This document shows, in pieces, positions 62,132 through 64,000 of a stretch of 64,000 nt of DNA. A program made the translations under genes and the position numbers. The notes under the pieces are model-generated. The model saw nothing but the letters and a program-made list of their open reading frames with translations. It did not search any database and was not told the origin of the DNA. Source of the stretch: Faecousia sp. (GTDB lineage: Bacteria; Bacillota; Clostridia; Oscillospirales; Oscillospiraceae); assembly GCA_051867395.1 (NCBI GenBank), contig JBJDYN010000160.1, positions 30,253-94,252 of the forward strand, written 5' to 3'. Numbering within the stretch: the stretch's first letter is position 1; each line of letters starts with the position of its first letter.

Positions 62132-63652
62132 ATGAACCGTTATGCAGGTGTCCTGCTGTCCGTTACCAGCTTGCCGTCTCAGTATGGCATTGGCTGTTTT
62201 GACCGGGCGGCGTATGATTTTGTAGACTGGCTGGTCAAGGCAGGTCAGCGTTACTGGCAGATCCTTCCCTTGGGAGCGACAGCCCACGGCGGCTCCGATG
62301 ACTCCCCCTATCAGGCCTACTCAGCCTTCGCCGGAAACCCGTATATGATCAGCCTGGAAGCACTGATCGAAGAAGGTGTGCTGACAAAGCAGGAGTGCGA
62401 TGCCGTGGATTTCGGCACCAACCCTGCCAAGGTGGACTTTGACAAGCTCAATGACAACCGGCTCGCTCTGCTGCACAAGGCCTATGAGCGTAGCAATATC
62501 AGCCAAAACCCGGAGTATCAGCGCTTCTGCGGCCAAAACGGCTGGTGGCTGAATGACTATGCCCTGTTCATGGCTCTGAAGCGATTCTTCCACGGTGCGC
62601 CCTTCCGTCAGTGGCCGGAGGATATCCGGATGCACTGGGGCTTTGCTTTGGACTACTACAACCGGGAGCTGTACTTCGACGTAGAATTCCAGAAGTATCT
62701 GCAGTTCAAGTTCGACCAGCAGTGGACCAGGCTGAAGGCTTACGCCAACGCCCGCCATATCCAGATCGTGGGGGATATCCCCATTTATGTCTCCCCCGAT
62801 GGGGCGGACGTCTGGGCCCATCCGGAGCTGTTCCAGCTGGACGAGCACAACGCCCCCACTGCCATCGCGGGCTGCCCGCCGGATGCTTTTGCCGCCGACG
62901 GCCAGATTTGGGGCAATCCCCTGTACCGTTGGGACTATCACCGCAGCACCGGCTACGACTGGTGGTGCAGCCGGATGTGGTACAGCTTCAAACTCTACGA
63001 TGTGGTGCGCATCGATCATTTCCGTGGGTTTGACGAGTATTTCTCCATTCCTACATATGCCTCCAGCGCCAAGGAAGGCCACTGGGAAAAGGGCCCGGGC
63101 ATGGAGCTGTTCAATACCATCCGCTGGCGGCTGGGAGATGTGAGCGTCATTGCGGAGGATCTGGGACTGATGACCGACGGCGTTCGGAAGCTGGTGAAAG
63201 ACAGCGGCTGCCCCAATATGAAGGTACTGCAGTTTGCCATCGATCCTGCCGACATCGGCGCGGCCAATGACTACTGGCCCCACAACTACAATTCCAACTG
63301 CGTGGTCTACACCGGCACCCACGACAATGAGACCGTGGCGGGCTGGTACGCGGGACTGGAGGAAGATGCCAGAAAGCAGGTTCGGGATTACCTGTGTGAC
63401 TACTATACCCCGGAAAGCCAGATGTACAAGGTCCTCATTAACCTGGTGATGACTACGGTTGCCAAGGACTGCATCATCCCCATCCAGGATCACCTGGGCC
63501 TGGGCAATGAGGCCCGGATGAACAAGCCTGGTACGGTGGGCTTCAACTGGCGCTGGCGTCTGGTGCCTGGCCAGGTCACAGACGCTCTGGCGGGGGAGCT
63601 GCTTGCCTTGGCGAAGCGAACCGGTCGTGCCAACTGGGATGCGATCAAGTAG
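62132..63652 (+). CDS. malQ: 4-alpha-glucanotransferase (GH77)
   Basis: 506 aa. It contains GVLLSVTSLPS, VRIDHFRGF and YTGTHDNET. Confidence 0.9.
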   Translation: MNRYAGVLLSVTSLPSQYGIGCFDRAAYDFVDWLVKAGQRYWQILPLGATAHGGSDDSPYQAYSAFAGNPYMISLEALIEEGVLTKQECDAVDFGTNPAKVDFDKLNDNRLALLHKAYERSNISQNPEYQRFCGQNGWWLNDYALFMALKRFFHGAPFRQWPEDIRMHWGFALDYYNRELYFDVEFQKYLQFKFDQQWTRLKAYANARHIQIVGDIPIYVSPDGADVWAHPELFQLDEHNAPTAIAGCPPDAFAADGQIWGNPLYRWDYHRSTGYDWWCSRMWYSFKLYDVVRIDHFRGFDEYFSIPTYASSAKEGHWEKGPGMELFNTIRWRLGDVSVIAEDLGLMTDGVRKLVKDSGCPNMKVLQFAIDPADIGAANDYWPHNYNSNCVVYTGTHDNETVAGWYAGLEEDARKQVRDYLCDYYTPESQMYKVLINLVMTTVAKDCIIPIQDHLGLGNEARMNKPGTVGFNWRWRLVPGQVTDALAGELLALAKRTGRANWDAIK

Positions 63653-63814
63653 GCAGTTGTGGAGAATCCCCAAGAAAATCTGGGATATTTTGGCGGTTTT
63701 GTGCCTAGACACTGGATAATGGCACATGCTATATTGTAAAATAGTGGCGGTATTGCCAAAAATGCCCCCCCTTTTCTCGTTCTCCTTCAGAGGATGAGAA
63801 GTATAAAGGCTGTT

Positions 63815-63829
63815 ACAGCGAAACGCTGT
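63815..63829. promoter_or_regulatory. Palindromic operator candidate upstream of the binding-protein gene
   Basis: ACAGCG-aaa-CGCTGT, about 40 nt upstream of the 63868 start. Confidence 0.4.
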
Positions 63830-63867
63830 GATTGCATATTATTATTAACAATAGGAGGAAACAACAA

Positions 63868-64000
63868 ATGAAAAAGATCATTGCACTGCTGCTGGCTTGC
63901 ACTATGGTCATCGGCCTGTTCGCGGCCTGCGGAGGCAGCAGCGAAAAGCCCGCCGAGACCAAGGCTGCTTCCAGCGGCGAAACCAATGCTCCCGAGGCTC
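63868..64000 (+). CDS. Lipoprotein, probably an ABC sugar-binding protein (5' part only)
   Basis: MKKIIALLLACTMVIGLFAACGGSSEK has a lipobox LFAAC. AGGAGG lies 9 nt upstream. The gene runs off the window. Confidence 0.6.
   Translation, partial: MKKIIALLLACTMVIGLFAACGGSSEKPAETKAASSGETNAPEA

Overview
GC-rich Clostridia-type chromosomal segment. Supporting signs are spoIIE, maf-mreC-mreD-PBP2, acetylase-branch DAP genes, AGGAGG-type ribosome-binding sites and many ATGA start/stop overlaps. The repeat flavour suggests an Oscillospiraceae/Ruminococcaceae-like gut anaerobe, but that is inference only.

I can support about 70 protein-coding genes:
- a heterodimeric ABC exporter pair
- a DUF3786 / LytTR regulator / nucleoside-phosphorylase-family / soluble GHKL kinase operon
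- a cbiK-hemA::sirC-hemC-cobA::hemD-hemB-hemL tetrapyrrole operon
- housekeeping RNA-modification genes (rluD, mtaB, queH, rlmA, tsaEB, U32, THUMP methyltransferase)
- nucleotide salvage genes (upp, udk, NUDIX, nicotinamidase-like)
- dapH plus deacetylase plus aminotransferase
- a LacI-controlled glycogen/maltodextrin locus (debranching enzyme, GH13, malQ, lipoprotein binding protein)

RNA features are a tRNA-Gly/Arg/His operon and a TPP riboswitch in front of thiT. I saw no rRNA, CRISPR, transposase, integrase or reverse transcriptase.

The most unusual signal is non-coding. At least nine intergenic hairpin elements have arms built from tandem 7-nt units, in three sequence dialects. One carries a four-helix-bundle (23S rRNA intervening-sequence / Avd-like) gene, and several overlap the stop codons of host genes.

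Other points of interest:
- a two-component system wrapped around a PNP/UDP-family gene
- a 40-bp perfect palindrome that duplicates the 3' end of tRNA-His, next to a low-GC islet
- a gene-decay zone with an in-frame ABC::DUF454 chimera
- a diverged relic of the upp 3' end bracketing a NUDIX gene
- an unlisted 49-aa Cys/Asn-rich membrane mini-protein
- a DinJ antitoxin paired with a frameshifted YafQ toxin

All functional calls come from reading motifs by eye; no database search was possible.
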